Source: Gemmatimonadales bacterium (GTDB taxonomy: Bacteria; Gemmatimonadota; Gemmatimonadetes; Gemmatimonadales; GWC2-71-9). From it: a stretch of DNA of 39,980 nt. This document shows, piece by piece, positions 27,550-37,146 of the stretch (position 1 is the stretch's first letter; each line of letters begins with the position of its first letter). Location of the stretch: NCBI GenBank assembly GCA_039794085.1, contig JBDIWC010000038.1:1-39980 (forward strand), in the 5' to 3' direction. The notes under the pieces were generated by a model. It saw only the letters and a program-made list of their open reading frames with translations. It was not told the DNA's origin and did not search any database. Both the position numbers and the translations under genes were made by a program.

Positions 27550-28464
27550 TCATGGGTTGAAGGGCGACGCATCCAGAAACTCCCACGTGGCGCGGGCGGG
27601 AAGCGGGAGCTCCAAGGTCTCGGTGACGTGAAAGTCCCAGAAGCGGCTTGTTCCTCCCGTGGTCCCGTCGGGGTCCCCCAGATCCCACTGGATGGCCACC
27701 TCCCCCACGAGCTGGAGGGTGCGTTGGCCGACGAAATCCGGGATGATGATTCCTCCCGCGGGATGTGCCGCGAAATTGCCGAGCGTATTGAACATGCTGT
27801 TGCCGGGGTAGTCGGGGATCCGGAGAGTGGAGTCATCCAGAACCTGCACAAAACCCGGCGCGCCGCCCCGGTGCGAGGCGTCCACACCCTGCTCCGGGTG
27901 CAGGCTGGCGACAAAGAGTGTGTCCGCCTCCGCGATCATCGCGTGCTGGTCACGGCTCAGCGTCGTTCCGCGAATGGGCTCGGGCAGATCCTCTCCCCGC
28001 GGGGACGGATGTTCGCGCAGGTGGCGGCGCTGGATGTACTTCGGGCAATTGGGGTACGCCTGCTCCACTTCGAGATGGAGAGCGCCCCCGCTTTGCATTG
28101 CCTTCCCGTTGATCCGGAGCCGACGCCGCGTGGCCAAGTCGATGAGGAGAAGGCCGAATCGCGGATCGTTCCGGAGGTTGGTTCGGAAGGGGTCGGCATC
28201 GTGGGGCCAGGCGCGGGAGAGATGCGCGGTGAGCCGGTCCGGCGACTCGGCCTGGAGAAAGCCGGGGATGCCGATGATGAGCGACGCCCACGGACGGTGC
28301 TGCACGTCGACAGTTCCGAGCACCGCCATCGGTTGCTGGCCGACGAACCCGAGTGCCCGCGGAGGAATGGTGGGCGCGATGACCCGCCCGTTCCTGACCG
28401 CGATGGCTGCCTCGCCGGCCCGTTCCTGAACCGCTCTTTCTCCCCCGTGATACGGAGTGTCCAT
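27550..28464 (-). CDS. Pyridoxamine 5'-phosphate oxidase-like FMN-binding protein (tandem domain)
   Basis: YHGGERAVQ, RRRLRING, NCPKYIQRR, DASHRGGAPGFV, PDYPGNSMFNTLGN. Confidence 0.88.
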   Translation of the reverse strand: MDTPYHGGERAVQERAGEAAIAVRNGRVIAPTIPPRALGFVGQQPMAVLGTVDVQHRPWASLIIGIPGFLQAESPDRLTAHLSRAWPHDADPFRTNLRNDPRFGLLLIDLATRRRLRINGKAMQSGGALHLEVEQAYPNCPKYIQRRHLREHPSPRGEDLPEPIRGTTLSRDQHAMIAEADTLFVASLHPEQGVDASHRGGAPGFVQVLDDSTLRIPDYPGNSMFNTLGNFAAHPAGGIIIPDFVGQRTLQLVGEVAIQWDLGDPDGTTGGTSRFWDFHVTETLELPLPARATWEFLDASPFNP

Positions 28465-28573
28465 GGCAATGCCTCCAGGGTAGGGGGGACCGGCGGTGGC
28501 GCTCTCCGTGAATGCGCCAGCCGGCCCCGCCCCGGGACTGACCGCCGGAGGATCAGCACCTCCGGCGTTCCTG

Positions 28574-28951
28574 TCAGAAGGTGAGGACCGAGTACCCCTC
28601 GGACACCAGGTTCCTCAGGCTCGGCAGCCCGGGAGTACCCGGCAGCGGGTTGTCCTTGACGAGGTCGAACCCGTTCTTCTCGGCGTCGTCGGTGGCGCCG
28701 AACACGTCCGCGCAGCCGCACGACACCCCCGCGACCCGGTCCGAGACCGCGTTGAAGAGGTCGTGAAAGGGGTGAGCGGGATTCGAGAGCTGTCCGGCCC
28801 AGCGGGTGCCCGCGCCCTGGAAGAGCACGGTGACTTCGTCTCCCCGCTGTTTGAAATCGTGGGCCGCGGCGAGCGCGTTGAACACGCGGCCGAGGGACTC
28901 TTCCGACTGGTTGGCCGGATCCGACAGAACGACGATGGCAGCTTTCTGCAT
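28574..28951 (-). CDS. DsrE/DsrF-like family protein
   Basis: GRVFNAL, VLFQGAGTRW, VSCGCADVFGA, GYSVLTF C-terminus; AGGAG RBS. Confidence 0.8.
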   Translation of the reverse strand: MQKAAIVVLSDPANQSEESLGRVFNALAAAHDFKQRGDEVTVLFQGAGTRWAGQLSNPAHPFHDLFNAVSDRVAGVSCGCADVFGATDDAEKNGFDLVKDNPLPGTPGLPSLRNLVSEGYSVLTF

Positions 28952-28988
28952 TGTTCTTCTCCTTGGTTTGGTGTGTACTGCATTGTGG

Positions 28989-29002
28989 ACCGAACGTCCG
29001 GT
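28989..29002. promoter_or_regulatory. Putative TetR operator upstream of dsrE-like gene (ACCGAACGTCCGGT)
   Basis: Imperfect palindrome, 12/14 match to the reverse complement of 29641-29654. Confidence 0.65.
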
Positions 29003-29033
29003 AAACATCTTCTTCAACAAAAACAGCATTGAC

Positions 29034-29627
29034 CTACGTGCGCAGCAACTGCTCGGGCAGCTCGGCGAGGATCTGCCGAAACGGCGCCGGATTCTCCCGG
29101 ACCCGCGCCATGACCAGGGCCCCCTGGATCAGGGTGATCGCCCGTTCCGCCCGGTCCCGCGCCTCGGCCGGGCCGAAGCCTGCCGCCGTGAGGGCGGAGG
29201 CGAGTTCCCGGGTCCAGAGATCGAGCGCCCCCCTGGTGAGGCGGCAGAGGGAGCTCCCGGGCTCGCCAATCGACATGGCGTCGAGCAGGCACGATTTCCG
29301 GCCCGACTCGTAGAACGCGTCCAGATGCTTCGCCATCGCGCGCAAGCGGTCCCGGGGCGACAGGGCCTCGTCCCGCAGGGGGGCCAGAGCCTCCATCTCG
29401 AGCCAGGCCTGGGCCCGTTTCATCACCGCTTCCGCCATTTCTGCCTTCCCCCCGGGAAACCGGTGGTAGAGACTCGCCCGGGCGAGCCCGGTGGCCTTGG
29501 CGATGATCTGGAGGCTCGCGCCTTGGTACCCGTGGGTCCGGAACACGTCGGTGAGGATCGCCACGATCTGTTCTTCTGAGAGGGCCATCCCGTCTCGTCC
29601 GCCTTTCCGGGCCAGGGGTCTCGCCAC
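29034..29627 (-). CDS. TetR/AcrR family transcriptional regulator
   Basis: FRTHGYQGASLQIIAKATGLARASLYHRFPGGK HTH; start GTG 29627 (leaderless) or ATG 29588. Confidence 0.9.
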   Translation of the reverse strand: MARPLARKGGRDGMALSEEQIVAILTDVFRTHGYQGASLQIIAKATGLARASLYHRFPGGKAEMAEAVMKRAQAWLEMEALAPLRDEALSPRDRLRAMAKHLDAFYESGRKSCLLDAMSIGEPGSSLCRLTRGALDLWTRELASALTAAGFGPAEARDRAERAITLIQGALVMARVRENPAPFRQILAELPEQLLRT

Positions 29628-29633
29628 GGCACC

Positions 29634-29662
29634 AACGTAGACCGATCGTTCGGTAATGTCAA
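29634..29662 (-). promoter_or_regulatory. tetR promoter TTGACA-N17-TACGTT with operator palindrome in the spacer
   Basis: Consensus -35, 17-bp spacer containing ACCGAACGATCGGT. Confidence 0.8.
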
Positions 29663-29810
29663 GTGGTCGGGGCTTCACCCGTCGCGGGCTTCACCGGAAT
29701 CCACCGTCGGCCTCCGGAACCAAGGCGTGGCAATTCGTGGCCAGTGCGCTGGCGGGGGGAGTAGTGCTCGCCATCGAGGCGAGTGAAGCGATGCGGGCGG
29801 AGGTCCAGCG

Positions 29811-30059
29811 TCAGCCGTAGTGATAACGAGCCTGCAGGAATTCAACGCGGTCGTGGAACACCTCGTAGACCAGGCGATCGGCCTCGTTGATGCGCCGGGA
29901 CCAGACTTGGCCACCCAGGTGTTTCAGCCGCTCCGGTTTGCCCATGCCTGTCGAGGGATCGCGCAGGGCGGACTCCATCAGATCCAGCACACGCAGGGCG
30001 GTCTTGCGGTTGGTGTCGGCCCAGTAGCGAAGATCTTCACGGCACTCATCCTGGAGCAC
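29811..30059 (-). CDS. yoeB: Txe/YoeB family toxin
   Basis: EDLRYW, GMGKPERLK, WSRRINEADRLVY, LQARYHY; frame is open upstream to a CTGA overlap at 30092, so the true start may be earlier. Confidence 0.9.
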   Translation of the reverse strand: MLQDECREDLRYWADTNRKTALRVLDLMESALRDPSTGMGKPERLKHLGGQVWSRRINEADRLVYEVFHDRVEFLQARYHYG

Positions 30060-30088
30060 CCCGTACCGCGCCCGCCTGGGCTCCCGCG

Positions 30089-30376
30089 TCAGGAAGCCTC
30101 CGACAACCCCAGCGCAGCCCGCAGAGCCGTCAGTTCGGTTGGCTTCGACGTGGTCCGGCGCGCCCGGGTCATCGCTGCCAGAAGTCGGACAGCGTTCTCG
30201 GGGGAGCGGAGAAGGTACGCCGTTTCCCGCAGGCTGGAGAGCTCATCGGCGGGGATCAATGCCATATCCTCGTGGCCCCGGCGGTGGATGACCGCCGCCT
30301 CCCGGGAGTCCTCAACCTCATCCCAGAGGGCGGCGAGATTTTCGCGCGCGTGACTGTAGTTTGTCTTAACGGCCAC
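30089..30376 (-). CDS. yefM: Phd/YefM family antitoxin
   Basis: NYSHARENLA, LRETAYLLRSPENAVRL; GGGAG RBS before GTG 30376. Confidence 0.9.
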   Translation of the reverse strand: MAVKTNYSHARENLAALWDEVEDSREAAVIHRRGHEDMALIPADELSSLRETAYLLRSPENAVRLLAAMTRARRTTSKPTELTALRAALGLSEAS

Positions 30377-30395
30377 GATGAGGCTCCCGCTAAAG

Positions 30396-30416
30396 TTGTA
30401 CAATACACCTGTACAA
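30396..30416. promoter_or_regulatory. yefM-yoeB operator, two TGTACA palindromes
   Basis: TGTACA at 30397-30402 and 30410-30415, the core known for YefM operators. Confidence 0.7.
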
Positions 30417-30566
30417 CCTTTTGAGCTGTGTCAAGGGACCTACGACCAAGGCATCAACCTGTTCGGGCGGATGCGGTTTCTGTTTTCCCCCGCGGGCCCC
30501 GGGCCCGGGCGGCTTTGCGTGAAGCGCCCCGGTCACTCGGCCCTGTGGACGGCCGATACCGGGGCT

Positions 30567-30621
30567 CCAACGCCCCGCGCCTCGTCCCCCCAATGACTGG
30601 GAGAACGAGGCGCGGGTAAGG
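30567..30621 (+). repeat. 55-bp hairpin repeat (CGCGCCTCG...CGAGGCGC.GGTAAGG), copy 1
   Basis: Direct repeat at 31685-31738; partial inverted copy at 26186-26204. Confidence 0.8.
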
Positions 30622-30822
30622 CCCTTGTGGTGACGAGTCAGCGCCGGGGAGTAAGGAGTCCGGAGGATGGCCTGGCAGGAACCACCTGGGGTCGTCAGGG
30701 ATCCGGCGATGTTCCGTGCCATCTTGCTGAGGGGGTGGTTGAGGTGCAGTATACTTGCAACCGTATATGCCGCCCCCTTCACCTCCCGTGTCTCAGGGCC
30801 ACGTCGGATCAAGAGGAGCACG

Positions 30823-31485
30823 ATGAAGGTGGCACAGCCTGGCAAGCGTATGTCAATCGGGCTCGATACCGCTTCCGATCTCTTTCGCAAGGTGGAGCGA
30901 GACCGGACGGCTCTGGAGCGGGAGGTCACACCGGATGCCGTGTTCAACTTCGTCGTAACCGCCCACGCGCTGTGCGATTGGGTGCAGAAGGACCCCACAC
31001 TCTCGCGTACCGCCAAGCTGGGGGCTGTGGATCTCGCCAGGACCAACGAGTGGCTGCGTGCCTGCCGCGACCTGGCGAACGGCAGCAAGCACTTCACGAT
31101 CGATCGTTACCACCCACTCGTGGAGCACGCGGATGCCGCAAGCGGCTATGGTAGGGGTCGCTACGGAGTCGGCGCGTATGGCGGAGGCGAGTGGTGCATC
31201 ACGATATCATGGGATGGCAACACGTACAAAGCGCTCGACCTGGTTGCACGGGTCTGCGAGGCGTGGACGGCGTTCTTTCAAGACCAAGCGATGAAGGATG
31301 ATGGAGCGGTGGCACAATTGCGTTCCGTTCCGCCCTCGCCCAACTCTTATTGCCAGCCTCCTGAGAGATCGCTACCTTCCGAGTTGCTCCACCTTGGAGG
31401 ACTGGATGACCCGCGAAACCCTGGAAGCTCAGCTTCGCCGCCTCCCGCCGGAGGACCGGGCGCACCTCGCCCGGGTTCTCCTTGA
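30823..31485 (+). CDS. Hypothetical protein with HEPN-like motif
   Basis: GAGGAG RBS; NFVVTAHALCDW and CRDLANGSKH motifs; protein-like sequence fades near 31290 and the frame runs on into the next gene. Confidence 0.6.
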   Translation: MKVAQPGKRMSIGLDTASDLFRKVERDRTALEREVTPDAVFNFVVTAHALCDWVQKDPTLSRTAKLGAVDLARTNEWLRACRDLANGSKHFTIDRYHPLVEHADAASGYGRGRYGVGAYGGGEWCITISWDGNTYKALDLVARVCEAWTAFFQDQAMKDDGAVAQLRSVPPSPNSYCQPPERSLPSELLHLGGLDDPRNPGSSASPPPAGGPGAPRPGSP

Positions 31486-31627
31486 AAGTCTGGACGACCA
31501 GCCGGAACTCGACCCCGCGTGGATTGAGGAGGTTGAGCGTCGCGCTGCGGAGTTGATCGCGGGCACCGTCGAGGGGATCCCGGCGGCAAACGCTTTCGCC
31601 AATGCCCGTCGTCGTCTCGCCGGATGA
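31406..31627 (+). CDS. Addiction-module antitoxin (TIGR02574-like)
   Basis: GGAGG RBS; LPPEDRAHLARVLLESLD..AWIEEVERR. Confidence 0.85.
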   Translation: MTRETLEAQLRRLPPEDRAHLARVLLESLDDQPELDPAWIEEVERRAAELIAGTVEGIPAANAFANARRRLAG

Positions 31628-31713
31628 CCGTTGGGTTCCACCCCCTTGCCGATCAAGAGCTTACGGATGCCGGCACCCTTGGCCCCAACGCCCCGCGCCT
31701 CGCCCTCCCATGA
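31624..31713 (+). pseudogene. Truncated RelE/ParE toxin remnant
   Basis: ATGA-coupled MTVGFHPLADQELTDA is a typical toxin N-terminus; it runs into the hairpin repeat and stops after 29 codons. Confidence 0.7.
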
Positions 31714-31738
31714 TCGGAAGAACGAGGCGCAGGTAAGG
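31685..31738 (+). repeat. 55-bp hairpin repeat, copy 2
   Basis: Direct repeat of 30567-30621. Confidence 0.8.
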
Positions 31739-31771
31739 ATCCTTCCGTAACGAATCAGGACCGATTCGCCG

Positions 31772-33550
31772 TCAGCTCCCCGCCAGTTCCCGCACTGCGG
31801 CGGCGAGCATCCGGACCTTCCCCTGGTCCGACGACCCCTTGACGTCTCCATCAACCTGCGTAGCCAGGCGGTTCAGTGCCGTGCTCCGGGCACTCCCGCT
31901 CATCCCCTCCGCCTGGGTGAGCGCGGCACGGACCGCTGTAATCCTCGCCGAGGACAGCCCCTTCGACCGCTCGAGCTGATCCACGAACGACCGCGCCTTC
32001 GGGAAGCTCGGCGGCCACACCATCTGGGGCTGCTGCTGCGGATTCAGTTCGTCCCAGACCACGGTCTTCGCCGCGTCGATCTCGTTCTGCGAGATGTAGG
32101 GACTCGGTGCCAGCTCGAATATGTCGAGCCCCCGGGCAATCTCCGAGTTCACGATCACGCCGTTGTACCAGTACGCCGACCACGACCCGGCCGACGTCAA
32201 CTCGCCATCCTTGAGCGGACCCCGGTCGTGGAACGCGATCTCGTGCGGGTTGGAGGGATCGGTCCAATCGAAGATCGAGATGCCCCCCTGATACCACCCC
32301 TGCACCATCACCTCGCGCCCGGGAATCGGGATCGGCGATCCGTTGTGGGCCACGCAGTTTTCCCACTCGGTCTGGACCGACGGCATCTTGTAGTAGCTCT
32401 GGAACTTCATCTTGCCGTTCTCGATCGTGAACAGCGCGTCCCCTCCCCACTCGTACTTGTCGGTGTCGCGGCACCGCGGGGCCCGTCCCCCCCCCCACTC
32501 ATCCGTGAACAGCACCGCCTTGCCGTCGTTGCTGAAGGTGGCCGAGTGCCAGAAGGAGAAGTTGGTGTCCGCCACGGCATCGAGGCGGCGGGGATTGGCC
32601 GGATCGCTGATGTCGAGGAGCAGGCCGTAGCCGCCACACGCACCCCCGGCGAGCCCCACTTCGGGGTAGACGGTAATGTCGTGGCACTGGGTCGGACCGG
32701 TGCGCGGCCGCGCCGGGCGGGCCGGACGATCGGGTGTGGCGGGCCGCGGAGGCTGCGGAGGCGTCGCCCGCTGCGGCGCGGGACCAAGATCGTTGAAGAT
32801 CCGCGGTGAACTCACGATAGCGGCCTGGCTCGGATTGGCGAGCGGCACCCGGATCACCTCGATCCGGAACAGCGCCGAATTCGGGTCCTCATCGGGCGCC
32901 AGTGCCGAGCAGCCCGGCAGTTCCTCGGGGGAGCGAACCCCGGCCGACCCCGAGATGTAGACGTAGACGTTGTCCGGATCCTTCTTGTCGGTCACGACCG
33001 TGTGGGTGTGTGATCCGCGGCAGGTCTGCACATTGCCGATGTATTTCGGATTCATGATGTCGGTCATGTCGAAGATCCGAAGACCTCTCACCCGATGCTC
33101 GCTCACCGGCTCCGGCACACCCTGGGCCCCGCAGTCGAGCCGCCCCGTGAGTCCCTCGGCGGATACGAAGAGGAGGTTTCCGAACACCGAGACGTCACTC
33201 TGCGACGCCGGACAGTGCGACCAGGTGGTCAGATGCGGCTTGGCCGGGTTGGCGATGTTCCACACCAGGAAACCGTTGTAGTTGCCCTGGTAGACGTGGT
33301 GGCCCGAGAAGGCCAGGTCGGAGTTGGTCGCGGCCGCGAAGGGACCCGGCGACGGCGTAGTGGAGAGCATGCGGAGGTTCCAGATCGCCTCGCCGGCGTC
33401 GTGCTTTCCCGCCGAGAGTCCCACCCGGGGATCGGGGTCGGGGGTGGTCTTGATCTTCTGCTGGGCCGTGGCGGCCGACGTACCCACGGCCAGGGCCAGG
33501 CCCGCCAGGGCGAGCGCCCAGCGGCACGGGAAAACGGGTGGAGCGGTCAT
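31772..33550 (-). CDS. Secreted LVIVD-repeat protein
   Basis: Signal peptide; NSDLAF, SQSDVSV, CRGSHTHT, CHDITV, LLLDISDPANP, CVAHNGS; paired with DUF305. Confidence 0.8.
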   Translation of the reverse strand: MTAPPVFPCRWALALAGLALAVGTSAATAQQKIKTTPDPDPRVGLSAGKHDAGEAIWNLRMLSTTPSPGPFAAATNSDLAFSGHHVYQGNYNGFLVWNIANPAKPHLTTWSHCPASQSDVSVFGNLLFVSAEGLTGRLDCGAQGVPEPVSEHRVRGLRIFDMTDIMNPKYIGNVQTCRGSHTHTVVTDKKDPDNVYVYISGSAGVRSPEELPGCSALAPDEDPNSALFRIEVIRVPLANPSQAAIVSSPRIFNDLGPAPQRATPPQPPRPATPDRPARPARPRTGPTQCHDITVYPEVGLAGGACGGYGLLLDISDPANPRRLDAVADTNFSFWHSATFSNDGKAVLFTDEWGGGRAPRCRDTDKYEWGGDALFTIENGKMKFQSYYKMPSVQTEWENCVAHNGSPIPIPGREVMVQGWYQGGISIFDWTDPSNPHEIAFHDRGPLKDGELTSAGSWSAYWYNGVIVNSEIARGLDIFELAPSPYISQNEIDAAKTVVWDELNPQQQPQMVWPPSFPKARSFVDQLERSKGLSSARITAVRAALTQAEGMSGSARSTALNRLATQVDGDVKGSSDQGKVRMLAAAVRELAGS

Positions 33551-33612
33551 CGGGGCATCCTCTGCGTGACGGGAACGGGTGGGTGGGACTGGGGAGACGG
33601 CAGGGGCGACGG

Positions 33613-34206
33613 TCACTTCCCGGGCGCGGGAAGGTCGTCGAGCAGGAGCTGCAGGAACTCGATCTCGGTCGTCTGATCGGCAAAAACGTCGGAGGCGAGC
33701 CGGAATACGAACTCGTCCTGCGCCGCGCCGTGGGAGGCGAAGAGCTCCTCCACCATGGTGATCGCCCCCTGGTGATGCCGGATCATGAACCGCAGGAAGA
33801 GGCGGTCGAACTCGGTGCCCCGGGCGCGATCGAGCTGAGCCATCTCCTCATCGGAGAGCATCCCCGGCATCAGCATCGGGTGGGACATCCCGTCCCGCTC
33901 CATCATCATGTGAGTCGCATCGGCCGCGGGCACGGGCATGCCCTGAGCGCCAAGCCAGGTCCGCATCATGGCGATCTCGTCCCGCTGGGCCACCACGATC
34001 CGCTCGGCGAAACGCTGGAGTGCCGCGCTCGCCCCATGGGTCGGCGCCCAGCCCGCCATGGTCACTGCCTGGGCATGGTGCGGGATCATCCCGGTGACGA
34101 AGTGGACATCGGGCGCGGCGGGCCCCGGAGGCTGCGACGCCTGTGCCGGGAGCCCCGGGACGACAACGACGGCAGCGACGAGACCGAGCACCAGACCAGC
34201 CTTCAT
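33613..34206 (-). CDS. DUF305 domain protein (ferritin-like), secreted
   Basis: MIPHHAQAVTMA and FDRLFLRFMIRHHQGAITM duplicated HH motifs. Confidence 0.88.
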   Translation of the reverse strand: MKAGLVLGLVAAVVVVPGLPAQASQPPGPAAPDVHFVTGMIPHHAQAVTMAGWAPTHGASAALQRFAERIVVAQRDEIAMMRTWLGAQGMPVPAADATHMMMERDGMSHPMLMPGMLSDEEMAQLDRARGTEFDRLFLRFMIRHHQGAITMVEELFASHGAAQDEFVFRLASDVFADQTTEIEFLQLLLDDLPAPGK

Positions 34207-34318
34207 GGAACGTCCCTCCGCGGTGGAAAAAAATCAACAGGGAAGAATGCATATTAGCATGGTTTCTTCCCACTGACGAGATCCCCCGAAGGGACTCTCG
34301 AGAAACGAGGAGGTCGAT

Positions 34319-34819
34319 GTGATCACCATGCGACGGCGACCTCTGTGGCCCCTGCTCCTCGTTGCCACCGTTGGCGCCTGCGCCACCCTCCCGCAGATCG
34401 CTGCTCTCCGGCAGGTATCCTTTTTCCTGGCGGGAGTCCAGGATGCCCGCCTGGCCGGGGTTCCCCTCAACCGCATCGCCTCCTACCGGGACCTGACCGC
34501 CACCGAAGTCGGCCGCCTGGGACTCGCCATCGCACGCAACGATCTTCCCTTCGAGTTCCGGGTGGACGTCCAGGCAGAGAACCCGGCGGAGAACCGCACA
34601 ACGGCGACGATGGTGCGTCTCACCTGGGCTCTCCTCCTCGACGACAAGGAGACCATTAATAGCGTCCTCGACACGAGCCACGTCCTTCCCCCGGGCCGGC
34701 CGGTGATCATTCCCGTGCGGATGCGGCTGAACCTCCGGGAGTTTTTCAGCGGGCCCGCCGAGAGCCTCGTGAACCTCGCGGCCGGCGCAACGACCGCGAT
34801 GATGCGCGGCGGCGCATAG
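34319..34819 (+). pseudogene. 5' part of a putative lipoprotein gene, interrupted at about 34785
   Basis: GAGGAGG RBS, lipobox VGAC; C-terminus apparently displaced to 37147-37422. Confidence 0.65.
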
Positions 34820-35405
34820 TACGCCTCGTTCTCGCTCGTCTCGAGCTCGCGAGCGAAGCCGATGGTGGTGCGGCGCGGGAATCCTTCACTGCCTGCTTCC
34901 GATGCTGCCTGTGAGGCTGTTGCGAAAACACTGGCCTCTCCCGCAGAGCGGGAGAGGGGTCAGGGGGTGCGGACCGACCGTCAGATGCCGGAAGTGCCTT
35001 GGAGGCCGGATCGTCGCGTCCGTCGCTCCAGCTCCGCGAGCGTCCGTTGTCGATATCGGCGCAATGCTGCGACAGTACACACAGTTTGGGGGGACAGGAG
35101 GCTTCCTCACCGACTGATCCCGCCTCGAGTATGGCCTCTTCCGAGCGTCTCTACCCCCCCCCGGCCGATCAGTTCCCGGGCATTCTGGCCACCCCCCGGT
35201 CGTTGTAGAAGACAAGACCTGCTGAGCCGATCCGGCCCTCGGAAATCTCGGGCGACAACTCCTCCCCGTCGAACCTCGGTCCGGGTATACGCGCCCCGTT
35301 GGAGATCACGAGCGCGATGCATTGCAGCACGTCACTTTCGTCCGGCAGCAGCTCCCGCCAATCGCCCAGGCCGCCCCAGCACGCAGCACCCGGAGCGGCA
35401 AGCGA

Positions 35406-36749
35406 TCAGCGGGTTCCTGCCGGCGTACCACGGACGACAAGCACAAACGCCGGAGGCGTGAGCCAGCGACGGGCGACGCCCCGCACGTCGTCGGGTCGAG
35501 CCCGGGCCTGACGGTCGAGACGGTCGAGATAGCGCCCCGGGTTGCCCGAAAACACCAGACTCTCCCCGACCAGCTCGATGCGGCCGCCGATCCAGCCGAG
35601 CTGATCCATGAATCCGGCCACCCGGCTCCGCTCCGCCGCCGCCGCGGCGTCAAGCTCGTCCTGCCGGATACGCTGGAGAGCGACGGCAAGCGCGTCACGC
35701 ACCCACGCCTCCAGGGTCACCGCATCCGCCGTCGGCTCGTGCGCTACGACAATCGTGAAGCTGCCCGCCAGTTCCAGCGCCTCCACTTCGACACTGCTGC
35801 GCAGCACGCCCCCCGGGGGGTCAGCCGAGAGGCGATTCTCGAGCACGTGACCGAACAGCTCGAGCAGCGGTGTGTCTCCCGAGGCCCATTGCGGAACCGG
35901 CCATGACAGAAACAACAGACTCTCTCCGGTCGCCACGGGCAGCGAGTCCCGGCCGCCCACAGGTGTTGGCACCTCCGGCTCCGGGGCGGGCGGGCGGGTA
36001 CCTCCCGCAATACGTCCGAAGATCATTTCGACAAGGGGGCGCGCCACACCGGCATCGAATCCCCCCGCCACAAAGAGGGTGGAATATTCCGGCCTCACAT
36101 GACCGCGATGCCAACGCACGAGGTCGTCCCGTGTCGTGAGGCGAGTCTCTTCGGGAGTCCCATAGGCGGCGTGACCGTACGGATGCGATGCTCCGAACGT
36201 CCCACGGGTGAGACGCGCCCGGACCGGTTCCCCCCAGCGTGTGCCGGCCTGGCGTTGCATTTCGGCAAGCACGCGTCCGCGCTGGAATTCGATCACGTCG
36301 GTCGTCAGATCGAATTCCGGATCGGAACCGAGCCGATTCGCGGCCATCAGCAGGAACAGGCCCAGCCCGGCGCGCTTCGCCTTCTGGTAGTACCGGGTGT
36401 AATCGTAGCGCGTCCGCGCGTTGCTTCCCGTTCGCAGGGAGTCGGCCAGTCCGCGGACGGCCGTCCGGAGCAGAACGCCGTGCGGCATCGCATGCTCGAA
36501 GAAGTGCGCCATCCCGAAACGGCCGACCGGCTCGTGCCGGGTACCCACCCGTGTCCAGAGCTCGACAGCCACCTCGTCCTGGGTGGAATCCGGGAGGAAC
36601 ACGACCTCGAGGCCGTTGGACAACTCGAATCGCTCCCAGGAGAGTGCGGAGATCGATCGCTGTGCCGGAAGCGGCGACGCGCGACCAGCCAGAGTGGCCA
36701 GGCCCAACAGGAATGCAGCGCCGCGACTACGGTGGACGTTGACACGCAT
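35406..36749 (-). CDS. M16 family (pitrilysin-like) metallopeptidase
   Basis: LSNGLEV, GMAHFFEH (HXXEH), NARTRYDYTRYY, HPYGH; GGAG RBS. Confidence 0.85.
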   Translation of the reverse strand: MRVNVHRSRGAAFLLGLATLAGRASPLPAQRSISALSWERFELSNGLEVVFLPDSTQDEVAVELWTRVGTRHEPVGRFGMAHFFEHAMPHGVLLRTAVRGLADSLRTGSNARTRYDYTRYYQKAKRAGLGLFLLMAANRLGSDPEFDLTTDVIEFQRGRVLAEMQRQAGTRWGEPVRARLTRGTFGASHPYGHAAYGTPEETRLTTRDDLVRWHRGHVRPEYSTLFVAGGFDAGVARPLVEMIFGRIAGGTRPPAPEPEVPTPVGGRDSLPVATGESLLFLSWPVPQWASGDTPLLELFGHVLENRLSADPPGGVLRSSVEVEALELAGSFTIVVAHEPTADAVTLEAWVRDALAVALQRIRQDELDAAAAAERSRVAGFMDQLGWIGGRIELVGESLVFSGNPGRYLDRLDRQARARPDDVRGVARRWLTPPAFVLVVRGTPAGTR

Positions 36750-37146
36750 GGTCTCTCCAGGTGAGTTGGCAATGATCACAGATTCTCGGCCTCTCCTGAT
36801 CGGAGTACGTCGAGCCACGAGGCCGACAAGGGGGGACAGTCGCAGGAGGGCATTCCTGCAGCCTGCTGGTAGGCCCGTATCCACGCCACCGGATTGCCCA
36901 GCGTCCCGATCAGCCGACCATCACCCAGATGCTCCCTGATCGCGCGAGTAATGAAATACCCGACAGCCATATATCGTGAGATGCCGCAGCTCGGCAGAAG
37001 GTTGTAGATACCCTGCTCGGTCCTGGCCGGTGCCCATGGCCGCTGATGGGTCCGACGGTCAGCCGTATTCACCTCCTTGCCTCGTGCGGGGTTGCCCGTC
37101 TCCCGTGAGGCGGCATTTGGTCGTTGGAACCCAGGGACCGGGCCCG

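Noticed and set aside
30567..31738. Integron attC sites
   Set aside because: Ends (CCAAC...GTAAGG) do not match RYYYAAC/GTTRRRY, position relative to ORFs is atypical, and there is no integrase
35070..35200. Possible IS256-like and IS21-like end remnants
   Set aside because: Only vague resemblance, with no partner ends or transposase; not supportable as features
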